NCBI GenBank assembly: GCA_050273025.1
Contig: CP158635.1
Coordinates: 27,838,001 to 27,902,000, forward strand
Source of the DNA: Cenococcum geophilum
Lineage: Eukaryota
Direction of reading: 5' to 3'
Length of the DNA: 64,000 bases
Below, in pieces: positions 12,354 through 25,091 of this stretch. The stretch's first letter is position 1. Each line of letters opens with the position of its first letter. The notes under the pieces are model-generated. The model worked only from the letters and a program-made list of their open reading frames with translations. It was not told the DNA's origin and made no database searches. A program made the position numbers and the translations under genes.

Positions 12354-15300
12354 CTCCTAAACGCTTTAAAAAACTATACTCTATATTTTTTAATGCGGAG
12401 CTTAATAGGAATAAATTGGAAATTAATAAGTAGGATATAAAAATTAATAAATTAATAGAATATAAATATAAGAACGACTTTTAGATAGTAGATATAATAA
12501 AAGCAATTTAAATAGGAAAATGGTAATATAAGGATATTATACTCGCTAAATGCGAAATCTGTAATAATTGGTTATACTATTAATAGAAAATAGTAATCCC
12601 GAATTCTAAACCCTTATAATTTAAGATACTTAAATTTATATATAATTCCCTTATAGTAGGGTATTTAGGCTATATAAAGACCTATAAGATTATTTAATAA
12701 GTATATTACTGGCCTATAATATATAACTATATATAAAAATATATTTAAGTATACAAAATATACGTGTGTAGGAAGACCTCTTATATAAAGAAGTAAGAAG
12801 TACTTTGCCTATTACTAATTCCAATGCAAAAATAGCAGGATATTTTAATTAACTTTATAGTTAACCTACTTAATAGTAATAGGTTTATTAATGTTATAGT
12901 AGTTATTAACCGTCTTATAAAAATACGATATATAATTCCTATAGATTTAATTAATATAATATTAGTAGCCAAATATTTTATTAAGTACGTCTTTAAGCTA
13001 TATAGACTTCCTAATTTAATAATATCTAACTCTAGAAGCTAGTTTATTTTAGACTTTTAATAAGCCTTATATAAACAATTAAATATATAAATATAACTCT
13101 TAACTGTATTTTATCTAAAAATAGATAGTTAAGCTAAAATTGCGAACGTAATTATAGAATAATACCTATAAATATACTACTCCTACCTATAAGAGAACTA
13201 GGAAAAGTGGCTACCTTTAGCTAAGTTTACTATAAATAATACAAGAAATAAATTAATAGGCGTAATACTATTCTATATAACCTACGGATAAAACCCTTAA
13301 TTTAGATTTAAACTATAACCTAAAATTAATATAACAGAATATACGATTAAGAGGATTTAACTAATTAATATATATAACTTCGCTAATTAAATAAAGCAGT
13401 TAACGGTGTTGGTTACATAAGGGGATATCACGTAGCTACGGTTCGTAGATAGTATTGTGGTGGTGTGATTTGGCCCCTAGATTTAACATCTAGATTAGGC
13501 ATAGCTTTGGGAGAGCCTAGGCCTTCCACAAGTTATATAGATCGGTCTAGAGCCTTTAGAGTCTTTAACAACTTGGACAGGCACGAGGGACACAAAATAC
13601 ACTCTTTTCTTCTCTTCTTACTGACTGCTTTCCTACTGATTTCCACTAACTGACTATGACCGACCGGCAGACCTGACAGCACTGTGACTTACTATCTAAG
13701 AGGGACCGCGTATACCACTATATATGGCATTCTACGTGGGGACGACGGCAAGCTCTTTGGATTAGAAGTCTAGTGCTATATACATAGGAGACGTATAGGA
13801 ACATGCTGCAGCTATAGAAGGACCGAAAACTATTAAGTCACTATTACCGGAAGCCGTTAAGTCACTAATAGGTGCGGAAATTAAGCACGGAACTACTAGC
13901 GATGTACGCGCAGACACCACTATTATTAAGATAAGTTAATAACACTTTTGGAGATTGTTATCCAAGACCTATAGTAGACGGAATAGACGACTAGGAGTGG
14001 GAATGTGAGCACAGGGTACGGCAGGACGGAGGATAAAAGAGAGGGTTATAATGTATTAGGACTAGCAGAAAGAAGTCTTTAATTTTTCATTTACTATATT
14101 TACAACGGTCTATATAATTCTTCTAGCATTTATATAAGCCTCCCTTAAATTTATAAGAGTAATGGCGATAGGACCGATAAAGGGAATACTAGGGATACTA
14201 GGCCTATTCTATAATGACGATAGAGAAGGAAGTAGGCAGCCTATTAACCTATAAAGTTTTCCTAACCTAGAGGATGCGGTACTAGACCCAACTTCTATAA
14301 CGTCTAGAACTAATAACCTTTAGTAAAGAGAGGACAAGAACTAGGAGGTTAACTTACCTATCCTAGGAGAAACTGCTAGTCCGTTACCTTGTGATAAACC
14401 ACTAATAGAATAAGATAAGGTATATGTTATGGCCTAGCCTATGCTAGCTCTAGGAACTCTAGGGACTCTTTACTTTACGGGATAAAACGTATTGCAATTT
14501 ATTAAACAGTATAAGCGACTATGCATTTAGCACTGTGTTACAAACAATAAGAAGTATTAAGGACTTCTGGAATATTGCGACTATTAGATAGGGACCTAGA
14601 TCCGAAGTTTACCTAAGTTTATCATTAGCAGATAGACGGAATTTATAGGAAAGCTTCGGACAGACTACTAAGGAAGTAACTACTTTTAATAAGTTAAGAC
14701 GGTAGAATTCTTAAAAGCGTATATACTGTAGTGCAGGAATAACCCACCTAGTAGTATACGCGAGTACTATAGACAATTTATACTAATTTCCTAGAAGGTT
14801 ACTAAAGCTGGCAATTTAGAAAACCGTAAATGAGGATACTGGTTTGCAAAAGGACTCTTATTTAAATATTAAAAACATACTATAACTAAGACAGGAGCTA
14901 ACCCGGATAAATAAGAGTCTTTTAACTTCTACCTATTAAGGAGGGCTGTAGAAGATAGGCTTAATTCGCATAAGGGCGTAGACCGCTTATTAATAATAAA
15001 CCCTAAAGAGCAAGGTCTCCGTTAGCTGGTTAGATAATTCCGTAAGCAGCAGCCGGCTATATTAAACTAGAGAGATGCTGCTCTTTAGCCGCCTATAGTC
15101 TCTTAGCTAAATAAGTCGGCAAGTGCCCGTTAAATGACCTAAGAGACGGATCCTAAGCTAGAGAACCTTACTAGTTAACTCCAGAAGCTTAATCTTGGGA
15201 CGGTTAAATTGGCAAGCGTTATATCTTTAATAACGTTCCTTAATAGGATTTGCTAAGACCCGATATGGTATATACAGCTCCTAAATAAGGCGTTAGTGCG

Positions 15301-17928
15301 TTAAGAATAAGCAGGTCTATAACCGGTAACGAATAATAACAGACTACTGCCGTCCTATAAGGGGGCGCTATAAGAGCGATATAAGCTAGGCCTAGGAAGG
15401 TATAGAGGACTAGGAAACTTTGGTGCATACCAGGTATAAGCTAAGACGTATTATAGATGTGGAGGCCCTTATTATTTTATTAACTAATACCTAGAGCTCT
15501 AAGAACTAGTTAGCTGGGGGTTCCTGCATATAAATAAGAATAACCAAATCTGTACTAGAACACGTTAGCGCCTAGGAAATCCACTCCTATATTTACTAAG
15601 CAACCATCGAATTTAGTTTATTAAAGACTGGCTAAGGCAGAATGCAAATATTGATCCCAATACGACGGCGATAGGCATTTAACTAAATGCGTCCTTAGTA
15701 GAGCTCGTAGAAAGCAATGGCGCTAAAAGTAAAGAAGAGCTCAGCGAGTCCTAGGAAGATATGTATTAAGTGGAGTCGGTATACATTAATCTAGTAGGAG
15801 CAGCAACCCAGTCGCAGCCTACGACATGGTTATACGATCTTAGGAAGCTGAGAGGAGACGTAAGGGTAACGAAACTACCTCTAAAACCGACTGGTTCGTA
15901 ACTGGCAATAATTCGAAATATACAACCAGGAGGACATGTCTAAATCGCACTATAACTATAGCGGCAGGCCCCCTAATCACTAGTAAGCAATAAGGAGACT
16001 AATAAAATGGACTATTCTAAATAGCTAAGAAGAGAAGTAGAATAAGGAACGGAAGTAATTGCGACCGCTAAAGCACCGCGACTAAAGCCGGTTAGGATAA
16101 TAGATATACTAAAAGGGAACGTCCTAAGCCTAACTGTAATGGCGGACAAGATCTTGTTAAAAACTATTAAAGTTACTGTTAGTGACTGCCTCGTGTATAT
16201 GCCTAAAGTCATAAGGTTATTCTTTAAGCCTCTTCTACTACCTCTTACAGAGCCTTACTAATAAAAGCAAGAGGGTGTTAAGGCATTTATATCGTCGGCG
16301 TACCTAACGTTTTATACTGATTAAGCTGGCCTAATAACTGTGGAGGTAGACTAGATTAAACGGGAAGTAGGATTTACCTAGTTTTAATGATAATATCTAA
16401 AGGTGGAAGCATAGATAGGAGACAAAAGGGTTAAGTGCTTAATTAACTCTGGAGCGGAGCTTAACCTTATTAAGGAAAGTGTGGCTCTATAATATGGCTT
16501 ACCGATATTAAGTCTGCCCCTATAGTTATAGGGCGTATATCTAATGTCTGCAAATGGGACTTAGTCTAAGTTTATTAGATTGGTGTATATAGCCCCTATA
16601 GTTATAGGGGACGTCTTAATATCTATGCCTTTTATTACTGTGGGAGAAATGTTATATAAGGTAATACTTAGTAAGCCGTAGTTAGTAAGGGCTAGACTGG
16701 TAACGCAGTGAATAGTAATAAGCTAGGTATCTTATATTATTTAATTAAAAGATAGCGGAGTTAAAATAAGGTTCTTAACATCCTATAAGGACGTAATGTT
16801 CCTTAGACTAGATAAAGGAATTAGTATAGGCAGTAGTTTAGGAAACGTGTAACTGGTATAACCGCTAGGATTATATCTAGGGTTACTTATAACCCGGCGT
16901 ATTAGGATAAGGAGGACAAAGAGGAGGGAAATAAGGTGCGACTTTAATAAGGGCGTCTACTATTTTGGATATCCGCTAAACAGGGCAATTGACGGGAAGA
17001 AGAGCATAACGCTGGATAGAGAGAGCTCGATAGTAAAACGTCAAAGGAAGTCCTAAAGAAGTACTTAGAAGGAAGGTAGAAGCTAGTGTTTAAAGCGAAG
17101 GCTGGATCCCTTATATATCGAATATTAAAGATAATAGATTTATTTACGATGTAAATGGAAGGCTATAGGAGAAAGGCCCGATAGAACGCTATAAGTTTTT
17201 TTTTTTTTTTTTTTATATCCGTTGTATTATACTACGTACAATACTGCGCATGCAGCCTCTAGGCTATGGCGCTATAGTTCTATATACATGAATCCTTCCT
17301 AGGCAGCTTAACATGTACTAGTAGCTAAGTGGACACTCTGGCCCGTTTTTAAAATGCTAGGGGAGCTCTAGCGACTGGTGTTTTTTCGTTCTGGTATTTT
17401 GCTTACTATGGTCCAGTTTACACCAAGAAAAGGAAATCCTGGCTCTTTTATCTATTTCTGCCGTATTCTGCCGTTCCTAGAGTAGAAAAAGCGCTCTAAA
17501 AGAAAGATTTTTATTAAATAGTTTTGCACTTAAGAATAAGAGGCGTTACAATAGCTTGCTAGCTTGGAAGCAGCTACCAATTACCCCTAAAGCGACTTTT
17601 TATCCTGTACCCTATCTCTTCTCCTTGCTAAAGAAATGGGTAGGGAATTAGTAATTAATAGGTACTCTCCCCAAAAATAACCTACTAATGGTATTTTATA
17701 AGGGCGAACCTCGTTACATAAACCTACTCCCATAGGAAAATTTTCACGAAGTTGTCTTGTATAGGGTATAAACACCAATTCGCCTATACACCTTAGATTT
17801 AACGTGCTAAAGTAACACGGGCCGGTCCCTTCCCCTCCCTTACTATAGCCACCCCTATCTGCGCATCTGCGGTACGCCTATAGTGCGGTATTGTATGGTA
17901 TGTTGTGGCGGTGGTGGCGGTTGTGGTA

Positions 17929-18440
17929 GAGGTCGTCTGCAGCGCGATGGCCGTAGACAGGTTGTGGAGGTCGTCTGCAGCGCGATGGCTGTAGACAGGT
18001 TGTGGAGGTCGTCTGCAGCGCGATGGCTGTAGACAGGTTGTGGAGGTCGTCTGCAGCGCGATGGCTGTAGACAGGTTGTGGAGAGGTCGTCTGCAGCGCG
18101 ATGGCCGTAGACAGGTTGTGGAGGTCGTCTGCAGCGCGATGGCTGTAGACAGGTTGTGGAGGTCGTCTGCAGCGCGATGGCTGTAGACAGGTTGTGGAGA
18201 GGTCGTCTGCAGCGCGATGGCCGTAGACAGGTTGTGGAGAGGTCGTCTGCAGCGTGATGGCCGTAGACAGGTTGTGGAGAGGTCTGCAGCGTGATGGCCG
18301 TAGACAGGTTGTGGAGAGGTCGTCTGCAGCGTGATGGCCGTAGACAGGTTGGAGAGGGGTCGTCTGCAGCGTGATGGCTGTAGACTAGTTGTGGTGGAGG
18401 TCGTCTGCAGCGTGATGGCTGTAGACTAGTTGTGGTGGAG
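17929..18440. repeat. Minisatellite, ~13 units of 38-41 bp (GAGGTCGTCTGCAGCGCGATGGCYGTAGACAGGTTGTG)
   Basis: Head-to-tail repeats read directly. Confidence 0.95.
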
Positions 18441-18492
18441 GTTGCGTCCGGTGACGTGTCTTTAGGGGCTATATAGCCTGCGGCGCCATAGC

Positions 18493-18706
18493 GACGACGA
18501 CGGAGGAGCGAAGGGGGAGACGACGACGGAGGAGCGAAGGGGGAGACGACGACGGAGGAGCGAAGGGGGAGACGACGACGGAGGAGCGAAGGGGGAGACG
18601 ACGACGGAGGAGCGAAGGGGGAGACGACGACGGAGGAGCGAAGGGGGAGACGACGACGGAGGAGCGAAGGGGGAGACGACGACGGAGGAGCGAAGGGGGA
18701 GACGAC
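18493..18706. repeat. Minisatellite, 8 identical 26-bp units (GACGACGACGGAGGAGCGAAGGGGGA) plus a partial unit
   Basis: Perfect head-to-tail repeats. Confidence 0.95.
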
Positions 18707-21700
18707 GAACGCTATAAGTGTAGCAACTGCGTATAAACAAAAGGTAGAGAAAGTCCGCCTGGTTAATTTATTAGTACTAGATAGAATGGTTATAGGAGGA
18801 ATAATAGAGTGGCGAGAAGTGGCCTTACGTCGCCAAAAGGCGTCTATTTAAGGGTTGCCCCTTAGTCTATATAATCATTTCCTTAAGCCGCGGTATACTA
18901 AGCTGGCCTACGGTGTATAGCTAAAGCTAGAATAATTAGAGCGTGTAATTATAGGGGACCTCTAGCTAAGAGAACGAGAAATCTTTAAGGCCATGTTGTT
19001 TAACCAAGAAGAAGCTCTAGTATAGGAGTTCTCTAAGATAGGTTGTGTTAGTAAAGATATAACTCCACTATTAAAGATTAAGACTGTACCGTATAAAGTA
19101 TAGTAAGTGCTAAACTTCCCTATACTAAGGGCCCTACGAGGGGAAGTAATAAATATGTTATGAGAATAACTAGCTTAAGGGACTCTAGAATATTGCAAAA
19201 GCCTATATAGGAATCTATGGTTTCTTATAAGTAAAAAGGAACACAAGAAGTATTAGCTAATTAATGCGGCGATAAATATTAACCGAGTAACTATTAGGGA
19301 TATAAATCTGCCGCTATATGCTAATAAGTTTTCTAAGGAGTTTGCGGGGTGTAAGGTTATATCTCTAGTTAACTTCTTCTCTAGATATAACTAATTGGAG
19401 CTAAATGTAGAAAGCAGGAACCTAACGGCCTTTATAATACCTCTGGGACTTCTATAACAAATAACGGTACCTATAGGAGGAACAAATTCAGTAGCCTAGT
19501 TTATAAGGACAATTACTAAGATTCTAGAGCGACACATCCCATACTATGCCTTACCGTTTCTGGATAATATTATAGTAAAAGGACCACAGATAGTGTATGA
19601 TGGAGAAGAGAGCCTTTTAGGCGTGCGTAGATATATTCTAGAATATATTGTATAGCTAGACGGAGTACTTACAGATTTGGAACGAGCTGGGTATACAATC
19701 TTAGGCGTAAAGTCTCATTTCTATAAGGACGAGATTATAGTAGTTAGTTACCGCTATAATAAAAAGGGGCGATATCCGGAAGAGTTAAAAGTTGTAAAGA
19801 TTATTTACTAGAGAGACTATAAAGACGTTACGTCTGCCTAAGCATTTATAGGAGTTGTTATGTATTACCAAATATAGGTGGAAGACTTCGCAATAAAGGC
19901 AGAGCCAATCTTCCGACTGCTATAAGTGAACGTTCCGTTCGTATGGGGTATAGAGTAGATAGCCGCTATAAAGACTCTAAAGCATGCAATTATTATAGCA
20001 CCCGCGTTAGTTTAACTGGATTATAGTAAGGGGGCTAGGCTAATTGTTCTCGCCGTTAACGGATACAAGAATAGGTAGGGATGCGGTCTTATATAACTGG
20101 ACGTATAAGGTTATTACCACCTATATCGATATAAAAGCGGTATTTAGTCTTAAGCGGAGCAGAAGTACAATTTAGGAAAGCTTAAATATTAAGCATTGCT
20201 GTATGTATTAAAGAAGTGTCGAGTATACCTATATGGCGTCTGCTTTACAGTTAAGACGGATACAAATACCTTAGTTATATAACTAAATCGTGCTGCCACC
20301 GATTTACTAGGAGCCTTAATAACACGATAGCTAGTATAGATTTAGTTATGGGATTTTAATGTTAGGTATATTCTAGGGAAGAAGAATAGCCTAGCTGATA
20401 GACTATTATAATAACTACTAGATAGCGAACGACCTAATAAGCCGACTAAGGATATTGAAGAGTTTATTGACTGCAAACTAAGTGCTTTGGAATACACGGC
20501 TAGCCTAGTTAAAATGGAGGTGGATCTATTACTAGAAGACTCGTATTTAGGGGAGTTTTAGAAGATTACGAAATGGCTAGTAACCTTACAACGTCTAGAA
20601 GAAATAAATACTAAAGAATTTAAAAAGTTTAAACGATATGCGCTAAAATTCCTAGTACGCAATCGATAGCTCTTCTGCCAATAGTCGAAAAATATGCCAA
20701 TGCGAAGGGTAATTAATAACGAAAATACTTAGCAAGAGATTATTAAGAACCTTTATAATCGGAGTGGATATTATAGACAAAAAGGAATATATTAAAGAGT
20801 CTTAAATCAATATTAGTGGCTAGGACTATGGGATTAGATATTATAGCATGTTAAGTTATGCCTATAATACTAGGAACGATAGCTAGAACAAAAAGAAGAA
20901 GCAATGCACCCTATATAGGAGTCCATTTTATAGCACCGAGTGACTATAGATATTACGTTTATGCTAATAACTTATCTTAGTTTCTAATACCTGGCTACTA
21001 CTTAAGAATACATATCTGGATAGGTGGAAGCTTAAGCCCTTTAGAAAAAAGATGCAAAAAGCGTGGCAAAGTCTCTCTATAAAGACGTCATCTACAGATG
21101 GGGAGTATTTGGACAGCTTTCTATAGATGGTGGTGGAGAAAATGCTAATATAACCGCTGCGCTTACGGAGCTCTATAATATTAAAAGGGTTGTGGCTTCT
21201 ATATATTACCTATAGGGACAAGGCTTAATAGAGCGAGGACACAAGCCTATAGTAGACGCTTTGGTAAAGATAGATGGCTTATGGCTGGATAATCTCTATA
21301 CTATTTTATAGGTAGATAGAATAACCGTTAAGCAACCTACGGGAATAACGCCAGCGAGAGTTATATACGGATATAAGCATGTCCTTCCTATTAAACTCTA
21401 TATACCTACTTAGTAAACGCTGCCCTAGTAAACAGTCCGGACCACTGTAGAGCTGCTAGCACTTTATACAAAGTAGTTTGACCAAAGAGACGCAGATGTG
21501 TAAGAGGCTGTCGCGCGTATAAGACAACTAAGGGAGGTAAATAAAGAATATTTCAATAATATCCGCCGTGTTTGCTAGGACGTATTTAAGGTTAGGGATA
21601 TAGTTATGCTTTATAACGCGTAACTTAAGCAAGATTATTTTAGCAGTCGTAAGTTGGATCTAAAGTGGCTGGGCCCGTTCCGCATACGTGAGAGTTACCC

Positions 21701-22369
21701 TTATAAAGGATAGTACTTAATTAAGGATCTTAATGGTATACCGTTCCGTAATTAAACTCTAGGAAATAGATTAAAGAGGTTCTATTAATAATAGATATCT
21801 AAAGTCTACTAGGAAGACCGGCTCGACTAATTAGGCGGAACTATACTATAAGAAATGACAGTAGAGCTAGAGCCTAAGAAAGATATGCAAAATCTACTAG
21901 TATCACAACGCCGTGTAGTTTAAGAAGTACGTGTTTTAGAAAGATCGTTTAACAGAACTAAGTATAAAACATTTAACTAAGGGATAGTCAAGTTCTGCGG
22001 CGGGGGAGGGGATATAGATAACAGCCGTGCAATCCTTTTATTTGCTGTATTTCCTAAAGCTCTTTCTATTACGCGTTCTTATTTACTTTTTTAGTTAGGA
22101 ATCTAATGCGTATTAACAGTAAGGCAAGGGCAGAAGAATATTTATAAATAACTATATAGTATTGTTTACTATAAAGATATTAGTTCCGCTCACCGCCTTT
22201 ACTAAGCTAATAGCAATTTTCTATACCGGGCATGGAAAATTATAATTGGTCCATTTAATAATTAGAGCCAGTAGAACTCTATACTGCTACCTAGATTCGG
22301 TAGACTATTTAGATTAGGAAACCCTATTTAAAACTTTACCTTTTTGCCCTTAATAAACCTTAGAGACAG

Positions 22370-25091
22370 TTATAATTAGCTAAAGTAGAAACTAAGCAGA
22401 ATTAAGAATAACGGTATGCTTATTATATCTTTATTTAGTAGACTACTAGTCCTCTATAAAGGAGCTAAGTAACAAATTAGTGACGTCCTAACGGAAGTTA
22501 GAGGCTTCGCGGTTAATTAGCGTCAAGTAGTACTTATCTAAATCTATGACGAGATTTTGCTTTTACAAGAAAACTACGTAAATGCGGCTAGTATAGTAGT
22601 TAATTTTATTAACTAAGATAACGGACTATAAGTATCTCTAGAAAAGGACGCATTTATATTAATCTTTAAGGATATCTCTAACATTAGCAAAATAGTTAAA
22701 GATTAGAGAAACCAATATAATAAAGCTAGAGAAACTATCCGAAAGGCTTAGGGATAAGATATTCTTAACGGACCGCTAAAATACGCAGTCTCCTATAACT
22801 TCCTCTCCGCTATCCAAAAGCTTACAATATACCCACTTTCTAAAGTTATAGTAAGAGTTAATAAAGCTCTAATTGACAGGCTTAAATATCTAGGACGTGG
22901 TATCCAGAACACTACTTAACTACAGCCGACCGATTTTACGCTCACATCTAAGATATTAGGAAGGGCAATATTAGACTAGGTAGTGAATAAGCATAGTTTA
23001 GGAAGACACTTAACTGGCTTCCTTGTTCTAAATAAGGACCTACCACCAAGAAGTAGGAGACTAACTACTGTAGGACTAGAGGTCACTAATGTCGGAATTA
23101 AATAAGCAGGAGAGAGCTTAGCTCTCGCACTGTAAATACATTTACGGTATACTTCTAACGTAATAAATCCCTTAGCCTTTTAGCCATTAACACCTGTTTA
23201 AGGAGGAGGCGTTAGTATTATACCAAGTCCGTCCTAATAAGGATCGCCTATATTAGTTGACTTGCCTTTATTATCTATAAACGAGAGTATTCTCGCAGCT
23301 AGAACGCCTATTAGCTCGCCCCTGTAGCTGCCAGTATCTTTATTAAGAAGGAATCTAAGAAGGGGGCTGACGATTGCTTACCTAAAAGTAGGAGGGCTAG
23401 GAGTAGAATTAATATTTAATAAGAACATTATTAAGCCGGGAGATAATGTGGAGTATATTAAGGAGGCTGCAGATGCTGTGGCGGTACTCCGTATAAAACG
23501 AGGATGTAACTATAAGAATGACGTGCTAGCGCATCTTAAGGTATCCCTAAATTAAACTACTAAAATTAAACCAACAGAGGTTATAAAGCTCTTACGTAGC
23601 TAGTATAGGGCGGCTAGTTCTAATCCGGAGATATATAAGGTCTGCTAGATGCATACTTAAGCAATAGGAGGATATATAGGTTTGGCGATAAAAGGTCTAA
23701 ACTATGCCGCACTATATTATAGACTCCGTTTAATATATTACGCCTATAACCACCTTAGCACTATAAAGACTAATCCTACTACATACTTCTAGTTTAGAAA
23801 GGCTTATAGACCTCTAGTTTTATCCGATTTCTTAAGACCGTATAAGTTTATTTATAACTTAGCGCTAAGGTTTTCCTATAATAGAGAGGCTTTACTTAAT
23901 CGGATAATATTATTAGAAGACTAAGAAGTATGGCAGCGAGAAGGATCTATAATTTTGAACGTGTTTAGATAGTGGTGGGATTCTAGCATCTTAATAATAA
24001 TTAATAAGGAAATACGTATATACCGCCATTATTAGCGTCTAATTAATAGGCGGCTAAATTATAGCTAGTTAAGAATAATAATCTACGGTCTTTACTAGCA
24101 GCTAATAAAATAAGATCCTTAGTATTATCGTCTCTATTGCGCTCTTAGGCCTAATAGTTGGTGGTAACTTATTTCCTACCCTTATTATACAAAATTCGCG
24201 GTTAAAGGAGACTCTACAGCGTTCCGCTATATTAACGTTAATATTCCCTCGCTCCTTAAAAGTAGACGCGGTGCCAATATAATCTAAGGAAGCGTTTCTC
24301 TAGATAATGAGACTAAGGATAACTATACGATTATCCTACCCGGCATACATTATTACTTAGAATTATAGTAGGCAGATCTTAAAGCGCGAGGATTAACTAA
24401 GGGCGACGGATTTATGTATAAAATCTTAGACTATAACTGGATTACTAAGGATGTAGAGAAATATGCGACTAACTAGGTAGCTTAGCCTTGTGAGAAAGGA
24501 AATGTATATATAACTATGCCTTACCTTCCTTATAGAGCAAAAGGACCTTTAACTAGGACCTGGCGAACGATACTGCTATAGTTCGTTAGCATTTAGGACA
24601 ATTATAATAACCTTAAGGTTATGGAAGGGGGAACCTAGGCAGAGCTGGCAGATGCATACTAAGACTTAAAAGCGCCGCCTTATACGCTATCTGGACATGC
24701 TAATCTTTACGGCGCAATCCCATACCGCTTCCCTGCTGTAGTTGAACTTATAGCTGCCAGCGCCTTATTTAACGCTCTTCTGGGTAGACGGCAATGGGAT
24801 TCTCCGGCGGTAATTTAAGATTATGACCTTTTTCTTAATGGCAATGGGAACGAAGTTGGGAAATAGATACGTTCCTACCGTCTTAGGGCTGTTAAAAACT
24901 ATAAGGATGCGTTTTAGCTTATATATGCAACTAAAATAGAGCGCTTTAATAGCCGCTTATACTTCTACTGCGTTAACAATAGAATTAATTCTTTAACTGT
25001 TGCAGTAGACCTAAGTAGAGTGCCCCTAGTTATTATAGAAGGACAAAGTTATATAGAGTTGCCTAAAGAATTATAGGACAGAACTGAGTAA
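22370..25091 (+). pseudogene. Extra ORF of Gypsy B (~900 codons) with a C-terminal 2OG-Fe(II) dioxygenase-like (PhyH-like) domain
   Basis: The same frame is read at 22458, 24171 and at the TAA 25089-25091. RIP-reversed: LISYPYYTKFA..GDSTAFRHID, IQGSVSLD, MPHLPHG, RRTILPWF. The start position is uncertain. Confidence 0.7.

Larger units (their letters stand above)
17196..18706 (-). mobile_element. Non-autonomous polyA retroposon (SINE-like) built of two minisatellites, a unique spacer and a LINE-type 3' tail
   Basis: PolyT at 17196-17214. 12-bp TSD GAACGCTATAAG at 17184-17195 and 18707-18718. Its first ~130 bp match 62232-62364. Confidence 0.85.
14162..21980 (+). pseudogene. Gypsy B gag-protease-pol, RIP-degraded, interrupted at 17196-18706
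   Basis: Protease CLIDSGAELNLI-like (~16435); RT YRNPWFL, DFFSGY, FLDDI-like (19200-19575); RNase H (~20050-20400); integrase SGWVEA, YHPQGQGLIERGH (~21010-21245). Confidence 0.9.

Noticed and set aside
13465..13653. Duplicated 62-aa ORF (also 25342-25530)
   Set aside because: These are the two Gypsy B LTRs; GTG start and no coding signal.
16838..16850. -1 frameshift heptamer (T)AGGAAAC from GGGAAAC in Gypsy B
   Set aside because: Plausible, but it depends on RIP reversal of one copy and is ordinary for Gypsy elements.
17929..18706. CRISPR-like look of the 38-bp and 26-bp arrays
   Set aside because: Units are head-to-tail with no unique spacers, there are no cas genes, and the context is eukaryotic.
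18462..18740. 92-aa minus-strand ORF
   Set aside because: Produced by the stop-free 26-bp tandem repeat, and it crosses the TSD.
22181..22210. 5S rRNA, hammerhead or group I intron identity for the shared module
   Set aside because: Only a short CCGCTCA..CCG..TAAGC resemblance to 5S; no CTGANGA/GAAA core or full P/Q/R/S set is recoverable by eye.
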